A DNA stretch of 54,829 bases, filler included, from Sphacelaria rigidula (GCA_964200075.2; 4 parts of 4 records of this genome joined end to end with filler, not necessarily neighbours in it); one strand, 5' to 3'. Numbered from the whole stretch's first letter, positions 21,213 through 34,799 are shown. Numbers and translations are program-made. The notes: generated by a model from the letters alone, not told the origin.

Positions 21213-21636
21213 AAATGATAGCAGGTAATTCTATATAATGAGGTTCATCAATTGAATGAGGTTCGAGCCCGAAATAGTACTTTCTCCACACTTTCAGCGA
21301 TGATGCCCAATGACTTTCTTGTCCGTCTAGTGCCCCTCGATTGCGTGGATACTTCTTCAGCGCATTTTACCGACTCTGTGAGCTTACAGCGCTTTCCGAA
21401 ACCGCCATTTCTACTTACTTTTTAGGGGGTGATATCAGGGAAAACAACAGTTTCGGTCAGCGCTGGAAGCTCACAGAGTCGGTAAAATGCGCTGAAAAAG
21501 TATCTACGCGATCGAGGGGCATAAGGCCGACGAAACGGTCATTGGGTACCATCGCTGAAAGTGTGGAGAAAGTACCGTTTTGGGCTCGAACCTCATTTCA
21601 TTGATGAACCTCATTTTACAGAATCCTCTGTTATTT
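21213..21636. mobile_element. Palindromic MITE, ~180-bp imperfect TIRs (AATGAGGTTC-type end family)
   Basis: caggtaattctatataatgaggttcatcaattgaatgaggttcgagccc... mirrors ...gggctcgaacctcatttcattgatgaacctcattttacagaatcctctgttattt. Confidence 0.88.
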
Positions 21637-21749
21637 CACGCGTAGGGAGTGCGTCGGCCATGTGTACTGCACCAGGTGTGGGGAAGATCCCAATGCAGCA
21701 CTTGAAGTAGAGTTTGACAGTTGAGAGATTTGGAAACCCAAAATTGGCG

Positions 21750-21884
21750 ATATAGAGTCATAGTGGGAGGGGAAAAAATGGGGCTGTGCATTGTTTGTTT
21801 TGCCCCTGTTTGTTTTGCGACCGTGCAGTGCCAACACAAGCACTCTACAGCCCCGTATTTTTCCCTCCCACTATGACCCTATAC
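21750..21884. repeat. Short imperfect inverted repeat (~37-bp arms)
   Basis: tatagagtcatagtgggaggggaaaaaatggggctgt vs acagccccgtatttttccctcccactatgaccctata. Confidence 0.7.
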
Positions 21885-24120
21885 TTCCACGCTTGGTTTG
21901 CCGCACGTGTCTAATGCTTGCCGCGAAAATGTCGACAGCAGGAGCTGCAGGAGACAAAGCGGTTGCGCTTCGCATACGCGTTGGTGAATCGTTTGCTTCC
22001 GGTGCACCTTGTCGGTGCTTGATTTCGATATTAATCGGCCGCTCTTGTCCGTCTCAGTTTTCCTTCACTCCTCGGTATGAAGTTCTGATCGGAGCTCAGT
22101 CCTCTCTTCTGCACAATGCGGCGGTGAAGACCATACGCATGTACCTGTTTTTTGGTAAACACAACAAAACACTGGCGTTGGCGTCTTTGTGATGAAGCTC
22201 AGAGGCGTTGCAAGAAATACTCTGTGCGGGTCTGCTTGTAGACCCTGGATTCCGTGACGCGTTGTTATCGCGTTTGCTACTGTCATACGTTAGGGTGGTT
22301 TATCCGCGGCCGCAGGCCGCCTCGCCCCATCTTGATCAGTTGCTGCCCTTGCCGTGGTCTACCCTGGGTCATCACTACGCTCTGCTCCTATGGCTGCCCT
22401 GCGGCTGTACTGAGTAAGAGAGCTGCTTGTAGATAAAACATGGGGCTATGAAACACGTGAGTTCTTAATCAACAGTTGAACATGGATGAATCTACTTTGT
22501 GATAAGTCAAGGAAGGATAGCTGGGTCTGTGTGAGTTTGCCCACGTGAGAGCTTGGTGGGTTGGCACCATGGTATCTCCTGGCACTCATACTGAGAGACC
22601 CCAGCCACTGCATTAGCTACTCCCTCTTTATGACATCTTCTCACGGTGCTGTCTTTTCGCCCACTATTGAGCATGTGTCAATATTGGCCAGCATATTCTC
22701 ACGGTATCGTCGGGAATATGCTGTACATTTCGGTGGCCAATCCATCAAAATAACCTCTACTGAGCCAGCCGTGCGTGCATGCTCCGTGAACATATCTCGG
22801 AAAAACACAAGAACCTGACAGACGAGTCTTGCAGAATTGGCGACGAAACACTCTTCGACTGAAAGTGATAAAAGCAATACGCCCTGGTATGGCGGACGAA
22901 TCCTTTTGCACTGAAGATAACACGATAAGAGAAGGTAAAGACGACGTCAGAAGAGAAAAAGATTCGGGACTCTCTGACATGGCTTAAACTGCAGGAGCTT
23001 GCGCACCCGGAACTTCGCTGAGGTCTTGGGGGGAAATGCGGTGGAATGGTATAGCTTATGTCATTCATCGATTACGAAATTTCTGTTCCTCAACATTCCA
23101 CTACCATGATGCACCTGCTCGCGTATCCGAGTAAAACAGCTGAATATGGGAACCTTTATGGCTCATCTCTCTCGGTCATGACTCGTCTCGCGTGGAACCC
23201 CTGAGGATAGAAATGTTAAAATCCCTTCGTCTCTCATCTTAAAGACCGACGAAAATAGTGAGGGTACTACCTACAGAGTAGACTACACCCTGTAAAGTGT
23301 ATGCTTCTTCGGCTGAAAAGCACGGTGTGATGGTGCTATCAGGCCATAGTCCGACCCTCGCCAACACTTTGTGCTGGCAGCAGACTTGGCTGCGCGGCTT
23401 GCGCGCCGGCTCCGTTTTGAGATGTGTTACAACTCTCGAGTGTGCAAAGCTCTGCAGGCTGCTCAATGCCCAGGTAGGGTGGTGCTTCTCGAGACGATGT
23501 AGAATCCAGACAAACCAGGGAGGTAGACAAGGAGTTAGCTCGAGCACGGGGTATGGATTGATATCTGCTCAACAGATGATGTAGGTATGCGAGTATTTCT
23601 CCGCATACGTTACACGCCAACCGGCACATATTCTACCGACTGTAGTCTCCACACGTAAAACATGGGTGATGCGTGAACACCGTGCTACTGTGCTTTGACC
23701 ACGTAGAGGAATGTATAGACAATTTCATGACAAGTCTATGATTCGTGTGTGCCGTATAGGCCAAACCAAGCGTGAGTAGCCCCTGCATCTGTGACTTACA
23801 AATTCTGTGCTCACATTGTCTCGCTGGCTCTAACCTGCGCCAAGCAGCAAGAGCAACTCACATGCTAATATGAGCCAGCAGTGCCCCCCGCTTGCCGCGG
23901 TGTCGGGCTCACGTTTAGTCTACAAAGCTGCCGCTGTGAAAAGTACGGATACGAATCACGTCTTTCTGCTGCCTGTGCCCAGCCCATGGCCTCAGCTTTC
24001 ACGCTAACAACTTCATGTTGTGTCGACCGGCGCCCGGGCTTGCCTGTTCGAAGCTTGCGGCCTTTTCGATCACTTATCTGTTATCAGGGCATCGTGTGTA
24101 GCACAACGTTGTGGCAGCTA

Positions 24121-24351
24121 AGCACGTATCTCATCCGCTACGGGCCCGTTTGCTCCGTGCGATGGCTTGAACGATAGCTAGAGACTGTGTGAGTGCTTTC
24201 CATGTGTTGCGGTGTCCATGCGGGGCTTGTGGGACGGATGCTGAACGCTGACGGATGTAACAGATTACGTCAACGTTGGCGGATGTAGCAGAGTACGTCA
24301 ACGTTGGCGGATGTAACACAGTACGTCAACGTCGACGTAAATAGCAAGACC
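24121..24351. mobile_element. Solo arm of the GGGTCTTG-ended MITE family, with an internal 28-bp unit triplicated
   Basis: Aligns to both arms of the MITE at 51712-52105 and ends ..gtaaatagcaagaccc. Confidence 0.85.
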
Positions 24352-25989
24352 CTATTATAACATGTGATTTTTGTCAGTGAAGTCTGTGAAATATCTCAAT
24401 TCGGCTTCGGTGCACGAATACGTCACATTAGTATACTTGAAGTTAGAGTGGCGCACGAGTATACTTGAACTTAATCATCAAGCGTTGGCGAGCGTGGGAA
24501 GCCACACTATACGGCGGGCGACAACGACATGGCGGAGCACGTGGAATCCCGTCGCTACATGTTGAAGCGCGGAAGAGCGAGCCATATGCAATTCACGTTC
24601 AGCTGAAAGAGGTGGCTGAGAAGCACGGCCAGGACGCTGCCAGGCGTTTCGCTGAAAAAGCTGCAAGAGCAATTGGGGCAATCCATTGCCCCCCGGCGTA
24701 CACCGCCAACCCCGCTCGCTTACCAAACGTCAACACCGAAACCGCGGCAAGTGAAATGCTGCGAGGTACGCAGGATTATGTAGGAGACACCAGGCGGACG
24801 TGATTTCAATCGTCCAGACAGGCGATATACTAGCAAACGGTCGACAACCAACCGTGACAGCCATTCGGAACCAGCCTAACCCCACCACAACTACAGTCAG
24901 TAACTACACTTCACTACAGTGGAGTATAACTCAATAACGATGCTACGATCTTCCATGCCAGAAGAAAGAAGGTACAGTATGTAATATGATTGCATTAAAC
25001 CCCAACGCCACCCACGAGGACAGACGGTCCAAACGCAATAGCGCCAGCCGGAGTAATACACCTCACGCAGCACAAAGTACGGCCGTGCAACGTTCAGATA
25101 TGACCAACCCCCAGCATAGAAATGGTGCCGTGGAAACGTACAGCACAAAGTGCATGATGCGATATGCCGTAAGACCACAGCCTACAGAGTGACAGCCTGT
25201 ATATCAGATATGCCAAAGTAGCGGCCTCCGCCTACGCTCCACCAGGGGTATGTATAGCGGCGGGATACATGATATCCTCGTCGCCGTTATGGAATGATCA
25301 AACCGCAGTTAGGTACCGTATAAACGCGCACGACAGAGTACAGTAGCGTGCACGGCATGAGTTTACCCTTGATATAAGCTTAAAATATCATGATCACACG
25401 CAGTACAGAGGGGTAGGTGAACACATCCCCACCAGGGCCTGACGGTGACTGTCTGCGAATATAGACAGTAGCCGGGGGCATACGTGAGGTAAATGTGCCG
25501 TCGATTTCGCCTTTGTTATGTCAACTTGGGCGCAAGCTTGCTATGATGCGGTGCAAAGCATCTACAACTGCAGGTGCGGCGTGAAGATTGCTTTACGGAG
25601 AGTCAGCCGTGAACTCTGGCCGGGGTTACAAAACACCGACGGGTCAAACAATTTGTCATACCCGTAAAATAGAGAACCTTTGACCCTTCTTTTCTTCCAC
25701 GTTCCATTCGCACGGGTCTGAAAAAGACGCTTTGGGCGAATCATTTGCTCAAAGGCTGTAGAAAAACAACCGTTTCTTGCTCGAAAAAACGTCAAATAAA
25801 TGTAAATCGTCAATTTTCCATCAACGCTTCCAAAAGGGTTGACTGCTGCGGACATTTGGGGGGAAGATGGCTTCGCTCGGTCGTAAGTGTTTCGCGTCAT
25901 CCCTGCAAAAACGGAATGCCACTTCGACATCATTTTTGAGATAGACCCCATTTTCCAGGATCCACTGTTATTTCCCCCCATCGGTAGGA

Positions 25990-27310
25990 AGAGTGGACAC
26001 CCACCGAACAAGCCGAGTATGGGGACCACGTGTTCTTACAGACCAACCTGGCCAAGGAAGAACGCACAAAGCGTCAGGATATCGAACGTAGTCGAGTACT
26101 AGCACGGACTCGACGTGACGTAGACATCCAACGACAGGCTCTCGCTCTACAGCAGCGTAAACAAGACTCCCTCATCAACAAATCGGCGAAAGCTGTTCGT
26201 ACTGCACAATCACAGTATGATTAGACAGTACGTACACACGACCTTCACTCTGAACAGTCAATAGGCACGTCTATCGGTAACCCTGTCAGGCTTAGACGAA
26301 CATCTTCGGCGTCTCCGCTTACTGACTGTTGCCCCTCCCACGACCATGGATGCCCCCAAAGTTCATCCACGGCTACTAACATGGCAAATCCAGCCAACAA
26401 TACTGAATCAACTACACGCGCCCCTTTAGTCATGGGACTTCCCCCTCCACCACAACAGGTTCTTTCAGCGGTAAGAAAATATGCCCGCTCAGTCTCCACG
26501 CCTCAGACGGCAGGTAGCCGTAAACAACCACCCCCCTTTCCACACACACACACCCCACGCAAAAATCTAGCACCGCACGTTGATTTGTCGTACGCAATGG
26601 CGGCAATGGGCACGGCTTCCGAAGAACCATCAAGTGCGCCGCTGCGGTTGCAGGACTCTGGTAAGTCCGCATGGGACTTATCCGGCGTCGAGAGCTTGGA
26701 GACTACCGCCCTTTCGTATTTCGTCAACGAACCGCGCTAATCTGGTGTGATATACATGTCAGGCACACCACCTCGCAGACCCGATCAGTGAGAAGGCCAC
26801 AGGTCTTCTCGCCTGGTTCCCGACCACCACGGTACAGTAACACTCGCGGGAGTTGTCAGATGTGTGCTATTCCAGTCTCACCCTGCCTACACGGCAAAGA
26901 GAATCCAACACAACAACTATGTAAAGCCTCTCATCACCATATTCCGGGATGTTGAAGAAATCCGGAACATGGCACATTTAGAAAAAACACGAACCACTTA
27001 GACAACTCGCATGATGTTTGGGATCAGGGTGTTGAGGCTTATGAGCCACGAGATGGGAATACCCCACTACATGAAGCGGAAGAGTGGCAAACGGCGGGAA
27101 AAGGGCAAAGTACGACCAGAGATAGTGACGTTCTTATAAAACAAACGCGGACAGGGAAACAGACAGCTCACACAAAGTCAACCACTCCCTCCGGAAAGAC
27201 AAGGAGGAGATAAGTCAACCAAAACTGAGAAGAAACAGATTGTTGTGGAAGTCGAGGAGGAAGGAGAATCGAACGGAACCGAAAAACAACATGTAACAAC
27301 AAATTGTGCG
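25990..27310 (+). pseudogene. Unidentified decayed coding-like region (coiled-coil and Pro-rich pieces; possibly TE ORF1/gag-like)
   Basis: Successive plus-strand ORF pieces 26030..26224 (KEERTKRQDIERSR..QRQALALQQRKQ) and 26381..26740. No diagnostic motif. Confidence 0.25.
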
Positions 27311-27367
27311 AATTGAGGTTTAACTCCGAGGCGAGGTTCAAGCCTGAAACGGTGCTTTCCCCACACT

Positions 27368-27467
27368 NNNNNNNNNNNNNNNNNNNNNNNNNNNNNNNNN
27401 NNNNNNNNNNNTTAATTAATTAANNNNNNNNNNNNNNNNNNNNNNNNNNNNNNNNNNNNNNNNNNNN
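27368..27467. other. Artificial contig-joining spacer
   Basis: N44-TTAATTAATTAA-N44. Confidence 0.97.
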
Positions 27468-27941
27468 AGAGAGAGAAGCAACGACAGAGAGGAAGCTCCT
27501 GGCCCGTGTCCTTTGTGCGTCCTCGCTCGGCGATTACCACACTCTCGAGAGGCTGGCATCATCAATGTTACCAGCATGTACCCAATTTTCCATGTGCTGA
27601 AACATCGAGCTGCGCAGAGATTTTCTCTCGTCTAACAATTGCCTGTCGAGCTCACGAATGCGAAGATCGATTTCTCTCTGCCTCTCCTTTTGGACAGAAC
27701 GCGCCTCTGTGCACCGAAAAACATGTCGTTGAAAAATAGGCCAATGTTCCCGTCATTGCTACTACTGTTCTCTGTCACACACATGCCAGCAAGGACGGTG
27801 CGTTGCGGCAAAGATAACAGATCCCGTTTGAACTTGGGGGGTGTTATTCGTCATTGAGTTTACCTACATCTAACCCTCTGGGTGCCCGACGAGAAGAGCC
27901 TGCCACACGCCAGTTGAGGGGGGTGTATGAGAGATCAAACA

Positions 27942-28500
27942 TTTGTAGAGACCTTTGTGACATGCGGAGTGACAAAAGATATGTATGGTGGTGACCTAAC
28001 TGTTGCTAGTGTGGCTCATAGGAGTCCGTCCATGCTGCAACCTGGAGCACGCGCTGGTCGCGTGAACACCTGGGTACACTACGAGTAGCTTTCCAGAATT
28101 ATTCCGATGTGAGAAGGTTATGCATAACAAGGTGAACGAGAGTCCTCTACCATCAACCACTTGCCGTTACATTTGAGATCCACGCCATCAACCACCAACA
28201 GCAAAGAACAGGGAATCCTATAAAATGAGGTTCGTCATGAAAATGAGGTTCGAAGAGCCTAGCCGTTGAATGACAAGGAGCCCTCAGGAGTACCGCGTGT
28301 AAGCGCTGATGTGAAATTTTGCGGCGGAGTAGCAAGTGCGTCCGTGGTTGTACGTGCCGCCTATCCCTGGTTTGCTGCGGGCGACGGACCATAACAACGA
28401 TTTGTCCGTACGAATGCGTTTGTTCGATTGTCGACGATGTTCTCACTATTGTTTGTCTCGAGGCCCGTGTCCAGAAGAAAATATCTGGCGTCAAGTTGCT
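27942..28500 (+). repeat. Left arm of the long inverted repeat bracketing contig 3
   Basis: 27942-28206 matches the reverse complement of 40836-41100 (about 12 mismatches by eye); 28207-28500 matches 39873-40196 with more divergence. Confidence 0.93.
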
Positions 28501-29842
28501 GGGAGGTTATCACTGCCAACGCAGTGATGTCCCGAGGGGATGATTGGGCGTCCACTGTTCTTAAGAAGAGCACATAAAAAAGCATCATTATTCTCCTTTG
28601 ACGGTCGATGCACAACTTGGATAATTCATTGCACGAATCCACCGTAGAGCAAATACCTATCGAGCTTTCCAATTCGGTTTGAGCATATATGATGCAGCAA
28701 TGTCTCAGTCGAAAGAAAAATCGTTTGCATCCACCCCAAAATCGCTTCGTTTGGTCCCGTCATACACCCCATCGCAACACCCCATCCATGCTACATGACA
28801 GCATCTTGACCCCGCCCTGAACTGTACGTTCGCGTCCACATCCCGACCTGTATGTGAACCTATTGTTTTCACTCCCCAACTGCGCCACTGCAACTCGAGA
28901 CTCCAGCGTCATCACTATTGCTATTGCAATCATCACCATCGCCATTACTTCCAGTATCACAGTCGTCATGGTCATCATCGGGGGCTACCTCGTCTTCCAA
29001 CTCCTCTCGACCTGTGTCGCGTCTGACCCTCAGCTATCTTTGCTCAAACCCCGGCCCACCTACGACCAGATCCCCGGGAGTGACCGCGATGGGCTGCTTC
29101 GCGCTGAGCCTCCCATTCCTCTCTCGACTCTCGTGAACAATGGCTATTACAGCGTGCTCCGTACCATCTGCGCTGCCTATCGCAGTGGTAATGTACGAGT
29201 CTCTGGGACCGTTGTGTGGTATTTTCGACCTTACCCCCATCACAACCCCCTTCCCGCCCGTTTCCCATTCCAAATGGTAGAACTGGCAGGTGTCTGACAC
29301 CTCCAAATACAGGGCTTCTTCCGGCTGGCAGGCTTCCCTGCCGGGTTCCACGAGGCGCCTTAGTTGTCTATTGGATGCGACCAATACAAGGTGAATACAT
29401 TGCTGATCGAGGACTTTTTAAGGTATCGAACCTAAAGCCTCTCTAGGCATGTTGTATACCCTGTACTTTCCCCACAAGAGAATTTCTGGGTTTACGATTT
29501 GCTGGCCGGGCTTCCTGATGAGGAATAGCTCGTTCATCTGATTGAACGTCGAACGCGCTGCGACGGAAATCAACAGTGGATACGGCAGAGACGGCCGGCG
29601 GCAACGAACATGAGAAAGTCAGTTCGAGATACGGAGGAGGGGCGGTGGTTGGAACCAGCGCTCAGACAGGGGTCTCAAAACCGCGATGTGTAGTTGTTCC
29701 CGAAACCACATGTCCCCCGGACATCGCGGTGTGCACGCGCCCAGAAATGGACCCGAAATAAACTGTTTTTTTTCACAAAGTACGATGAAGCGGGAGGTAA
29801 AACAAACTCGATACTACGCAGTAAAAATAAATTACTACATCT

Positions 29843-30338
29843 CAAAGGGTGCACGAAAACACATCCGGGCACACCTTCGTCCCATTTTTTCATTTTGGAC
29901 CTCTCAGAGGGGGTGGGTAGGGTACTAGACCACCATTCCCCCCCAAAAGGCTATACAAACCCCCATGGAAACCGATGCTATACTAAATCCCATACAAGAT
30001 GACGCAGCGTTGGGGGGAGTACCCCCCTTGATAAGAGGGGGATTAGCATTACTTTTGTCCAAGGTTCCCGCCGGGGGTGGTCATGTTCGAGGATTGTCTC
30101 CGACTACAACTACCGTCAGGTGAAGCCAAGCCAACCACCCCTCACCAGCACGCAGGTGTTCCCGACGAGTACGAGTCGTATTTGGCCCGTGTTTGAGGTG
30201 CAATGGGCACTACATACAGGCGAAAAAAACGTAAACTTGGGGGGAAAAGAAAAAGGGGGCATTTTGTTTTTCGGCCCTCCGGGGGGGTAGGGGGGGGGGT
30301 ACATAGGTGTGCGGCATTTGGTTTTTCGTGCACCCCTG
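29843..30338. mobile_element. MITE-like element with ~35-bp imperfect TIRs (CAGGGGTGCACGAAAA..)
   Basis: caaagggtgcacgaaaacacatccgggcacacct vs aggtgtgcggcatttggtttttcgtgcacccctg. TSD not clean. Confidence 0.55.
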
Positions 30339-30435
30339 ATATCCCTTCAAATCATGAGACACTCGCGTACATATCAGGACGCAAACGGCGGTAAAAGGCG
30401 AGGGAAAAGAGGACTACGGGGTTACAGTGGCTCTA

Positions 30436-33400
30436 TCACCTGCCATGCAGCGCTGTTCTTACCTCCAGCTTGTAGCCGAAAGTCTGTGCGGCGCCCGTCA
30501 TGATATTTTCGGTTGTCTCTCCCGGACCCCGAACCAGCAATCCTCCCGGCGTAGTGTCTGTGGGCAGCGCAGATGGGAGCAGTGTCAACCCCACGTACAC
30601 CTCGCCGCTGATATCATACTGCCGGCAAAGGTGACGCATGAGCACACGCGAGGTCGGGGTCATTGGTGTAAGCTTCATCTGGCACATCAGACATAAGTTG
30701 CGAGTAATCAAATCCGATCCGGTACCTGCGCATCGGCCAAAGACGCGGACTAAGGATCGCGATACCTCGAGCAAGTATTTCGTTTTTCGGGGGCTTACCT
30801 TGAACATCCCCGACATGAAAGCCTTTTGGAAGGCCCTCTCCATACGGCCCCCAACCTCGGTCGCGAGACCGCGGTTGTGGAGGAAGAACTCCGTGGGACG
30901 ACCAAGTTCGAGAGCGACCTCCAGTAGCTGCGTGCTCTCCACCCCGATACCCATCACGGCATCTCCTGGCGGGGCGAACCTGTCCGATGACAATACGATG
31001 ATCCCGACGTCATGAAAGATTCACTACGGCCAATCACTGTGAGGAGCATTCTGAATTTGATTATTCCCGCTCGAAGCTTGGCTAAGACTTGTCCCAACAT
31101 GTATTACCACGTGCATGCATGCCTCGGATCTCTCTGGTATTCCCAACACCCCTCCGTTTGACAAAAGCACAACACCCAGAAGTGACACACACATATATGT
31201 GGGTGATGTTGGCCACGACGCCTACAATGACGTCGAATCATCTCATATATTTTACGGCGCGGCATGTTCCGGCGCCACCCGCCCACCGGAAGTGAAATTT
31301 TCACTAGGATTGTCGAAAGTGCATATTGTCCAACATAGGAAGGATGATACGGGGTAAGTTGCGTGCTTCGTTTAATGTAACCAGTACCCGCGGCGGGAAG
31401 GAATTGACAGGTCCCCCAACAGGCCCGCCCTGCGTGTACGCTAGCTTGTCTTCTGGCCCCCCACCCATCTTTTGCCAGCATTCCGGCACTTCGCCGTTGC
31501 TCTTCGTGCCGTAGGGATCGGCGAATGTCATCCGCGGGCTTACCGTGAATGTTTTGTTGTCCTCGCTCGGTTGCTTGTGTGCCACCATACTGCCCTCCAT
31601 GTGAGGGTAAAAGTGATACTTCTCGTGTTTCTTTCGGGAGCCTCCGTGGCGGCTGGAGTACTCTACCAGCACGTAGTCGTCTTCGACTACCATAGAAGGG
31701 TCGGTTTCGATCGCGCCTGCGTAGGGGTGCGCGCCGCGGTGGATCGCAGCGACGGCGGATGTTCAGGGGGTGCGAGCGGAGTATGAACATCACCACAGGG
31801 CGCGGTATCAGAGCAGTGAAGGGTGTAGGAAAGCGCCGATGCAATGTGACGGACTAAACGAAGCACGCAATTTACCCTATCCGCGCTCGTGTCGCGGATA
31901 CCGACTCAGACGTGTCCACCCTGTTTTCAGCAATATCGAGGTCATGGTTTTGCCCGCCACGAAGCGTGCAGACCGTAATACCTTGGATACGATGTCCGTG
32001 TCGATTCCAGGGCCGCGGGACTGCAAAGGCGATGGTGCCCATCGGATGCAAGACTTCCAGCGCCTTTTCAACGAACCGCCTGAAGTATCCCTTGTTGCAA
32101 TCGTTTGTCGTGCTCAGCATTGGTTTCTCGACATCGATGGAGATTGTAATAAGCTTCGGCGGTCTCTTCACAGGGAGTGACTCTTGTTGGTCGACAAGAG
32201 TGCAGTCGCGGCGGAGTAGATTATCCTCGTGTATGCTCGTGTTATGAGCCCTGTACAACATCACGTCGCAAGCACGCAATAGCATCGTCAGTTTCCCTTC
32301 GTTCCGCGCTGGTCGTCCGCATGTCGCGGGGTAGCGTATGTTCTCCGAGATAGCTCCCTCCCAAGAAAGTGGTTGGTTTGGGGGGGCATAAACCTGCACG
32401 TAAAATCGATATGAAAAAATACTCTCATGTTGAACAGTATGGAATATTAACGCTTCTGTTTGTTTTCGCCCATGTCGAGTAAACAAGGCCCTCCATGCAC
32501 TCTGAAATCGAACATCACGCGGTGGATAGCCATTGTTTTGGTGGCAGTTTTGGGCTGGCGTTGGGGTGGGGGCTAATTCGGCGTAATTCTTTAGCGTGCA
32601 TTCCACTACGGTGGCTAGGCTGGCGGCTCTAGCGTCAGGCTTCCAGAGTCGAGCAGTGCGCGAGGTTGATCGAACTCTTCAACGGCTACCAGGATTATAT
32701 TCAACGCTTTCCTCATCATGTATCACTGGAGATGATATACGTGTGGTTATTTTCGGATTCTGCCGTACCAATGGCGGTCAAAATTACCGTGCGCCGTCGT
32801 CCCTGAGGGCCGAAACTCAGGGAGGGCACCTACAAACAGCTGCGCTTGACAGTCCCAGTGTCGCATGTCGACCGACTTATACATGTTGTCACAACCATCG
32901 TCGAAAGAAGTAATCTAAAAGTGAGCTTCAGTCCATGACACAGTCTCCACAATGGCATCCTATCCTCGCACCTTCTGTTTTCCACGGTGGGACCGGCGGG
33001 GGGAAGCAATTGCCCTGCTTGTGGCGATTTCTTCCCTTTTTTTTCAGGTTTCCCTCCGCCTCCGACCCCGTCAGTTCTGTCCCCTTTCCTCTTCTGGCGC
33101 CCCGGCTCGTCCTCGCAGACCAGCTCGTGACGCCGCTTCCTCTCGGCAAGGGATGCGTCCTCGGAGATAGGTACAAGCAGCTCACAGAAGGTCTGGTGCT
33201 TTATCCCGCAATGCACGCAATGGTATCTGCAATTGTGAGGACGGCATGATAAGGGTCAAGCGATTAGCGGTGTACCAGGCAAGCGTTTTGGCAGGGTGAT
33301 TGCTGTTTCAACCATTACACGAACCGTTTTGCGGTCGGTAGCATTGTACTCCGCGAGGTCGACTGGTTTGCTCGGCATCGTCGAACCGGCTTGCATTCCG

Positions 33401-34198
33401 ATTCATGCTATCCTTCTCACCTGACGTCTGATGATGAGTTGCACGAGGGGCACAATTCGTCCTTGTGGCTGTCCTCAGCCGGTCGTTGACAATTGCCATC
33501 ATTTTCCTTCGATTCACCAGCATCCTTGTCGTCGTCTTTCTCGCCGCCCGCATTCGCCACTTTCACACGAGCGATGGTGCTGTTGACCTCGTCCCACTTC
33601 TTCCTCCAGCGATCGTTGTACCGCCTCAGCGCCCCTCGTTGTGCTTTCTGCGAAAACGGGCCGTGATTGAAAATGTTTGTGAACAACCTCAGGGGAGTGT
33701 TTCAACTGTCTCCCGATCACGTTGCTGGATGATCGGAGATTCATCCTCGTGCCCATGACTCCCCAATGACTGGCATGCGCCAATATCGCGCGTCACAAGC
33801 GCGGTCTGCGTGATTTGGAAATATTTATCACGGCAGCATGTCCGATCCACCTTACATGTGTATCGTCTTGGCGACCTATCGCCCGAACTACTCACAATCC
33901 AACATCAACTCTTGACTTCTGTGCGTAGATAACGGACCAGGTCCAGCCGCCGATGGAGTTTGCCCAAACAGACATCCTCGAACTCTTTCATGGCTGCTCC
34001 GTTCCGTTCTTCCTCGGGTAGGCTTGCCCGTGTCTCTTCTATGCTGGTGTCTACTGATGCGATGAAGTCCGTAACGTGCAGCCTGAAATCCTCCAGCCCG
34101 TATGTACCGCGGGTCAACTCATGAGCAACCCTGGTTGCGATGATAGCGGCGGAACACAAAATACATCCTGTGAGCGTTACTACGCTTTTACCCCTCAT
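30436..34198 (-). pseudogene. Run of decayed, intronless ORF fragments of unknown family
   Basis: Minus-strand ORFs 30436..30993, 31304..31693, 31872..32606, 32830..33216, 33417..33686 and 33905..34198 with protein-like composition. No recognised domain. Confidence 0.4.
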
Positions 34199-34199
34199 G

Positions 34200-34737
34200 C
34201 TAGTAAAGTCATTTGCTTATGCTAGTAATTTCACAAAAACAAATATGCTCCTTGAGTGCAATTTATGTTCGAATTTTCACAAAATATATGCTCGATTTAT
34301 GCTCGCAAGGTGCGCAATATCCAACAAGCATGCCATTTTCGACCGGATGCAGACCCACCGATCACTATATGCATATTATATATACATATATGAGGTGAAT
34401 ATATATATACATATATGAATTGAAACAAAAAAACGAAAATCAGACCGGCAGTTTGAATTACTGGTTTCACAGCAATCACGTATTTCACACCCGGCCGCGG
34501 TCGATGATAGCAGAGTTTGGCCCCAAAATATCACACCAGGCGGATATGTAGACCAGTGTTGCCAACCCTACTGGAGAATTTATGCTCGATTGTGCCCCCA
34601 ATATGAAGATTATTCTCGATTACGCTACTTGCTGAAACGCTGTGCTATTTATGCCACCTGCTGAAACGCTATGCTATTTATGCGTCCAAGGTGGAATTAT
34701 GCGAGATATTGTGCGAGCATAAGGGGAAAAGGCCTAA
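34200..34737. repeat. Non-coding segment with clustered (A)TTATGCT(CG) motifs, MITE/subterminal-repeat-like
   Basis: Repeated ttatgct/atgctcga words at 34217-34305 and 34578-34722, ending ..aaaggccta. Confidence 0.45.
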
Positions 34738-34799
34738 GCGTGACACAGACATGTGCTGCACATGCAATCCTTACTTACGAAATACTGTTGCCTACGGCA

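Noticed and set aside
22740-22820. Histone H4-like stretch (VLVFFRDMFTEHAR..VILMD)
   Set aside because: Only a short TEHAR match; H4 is nearly invariant and the rest does not align.
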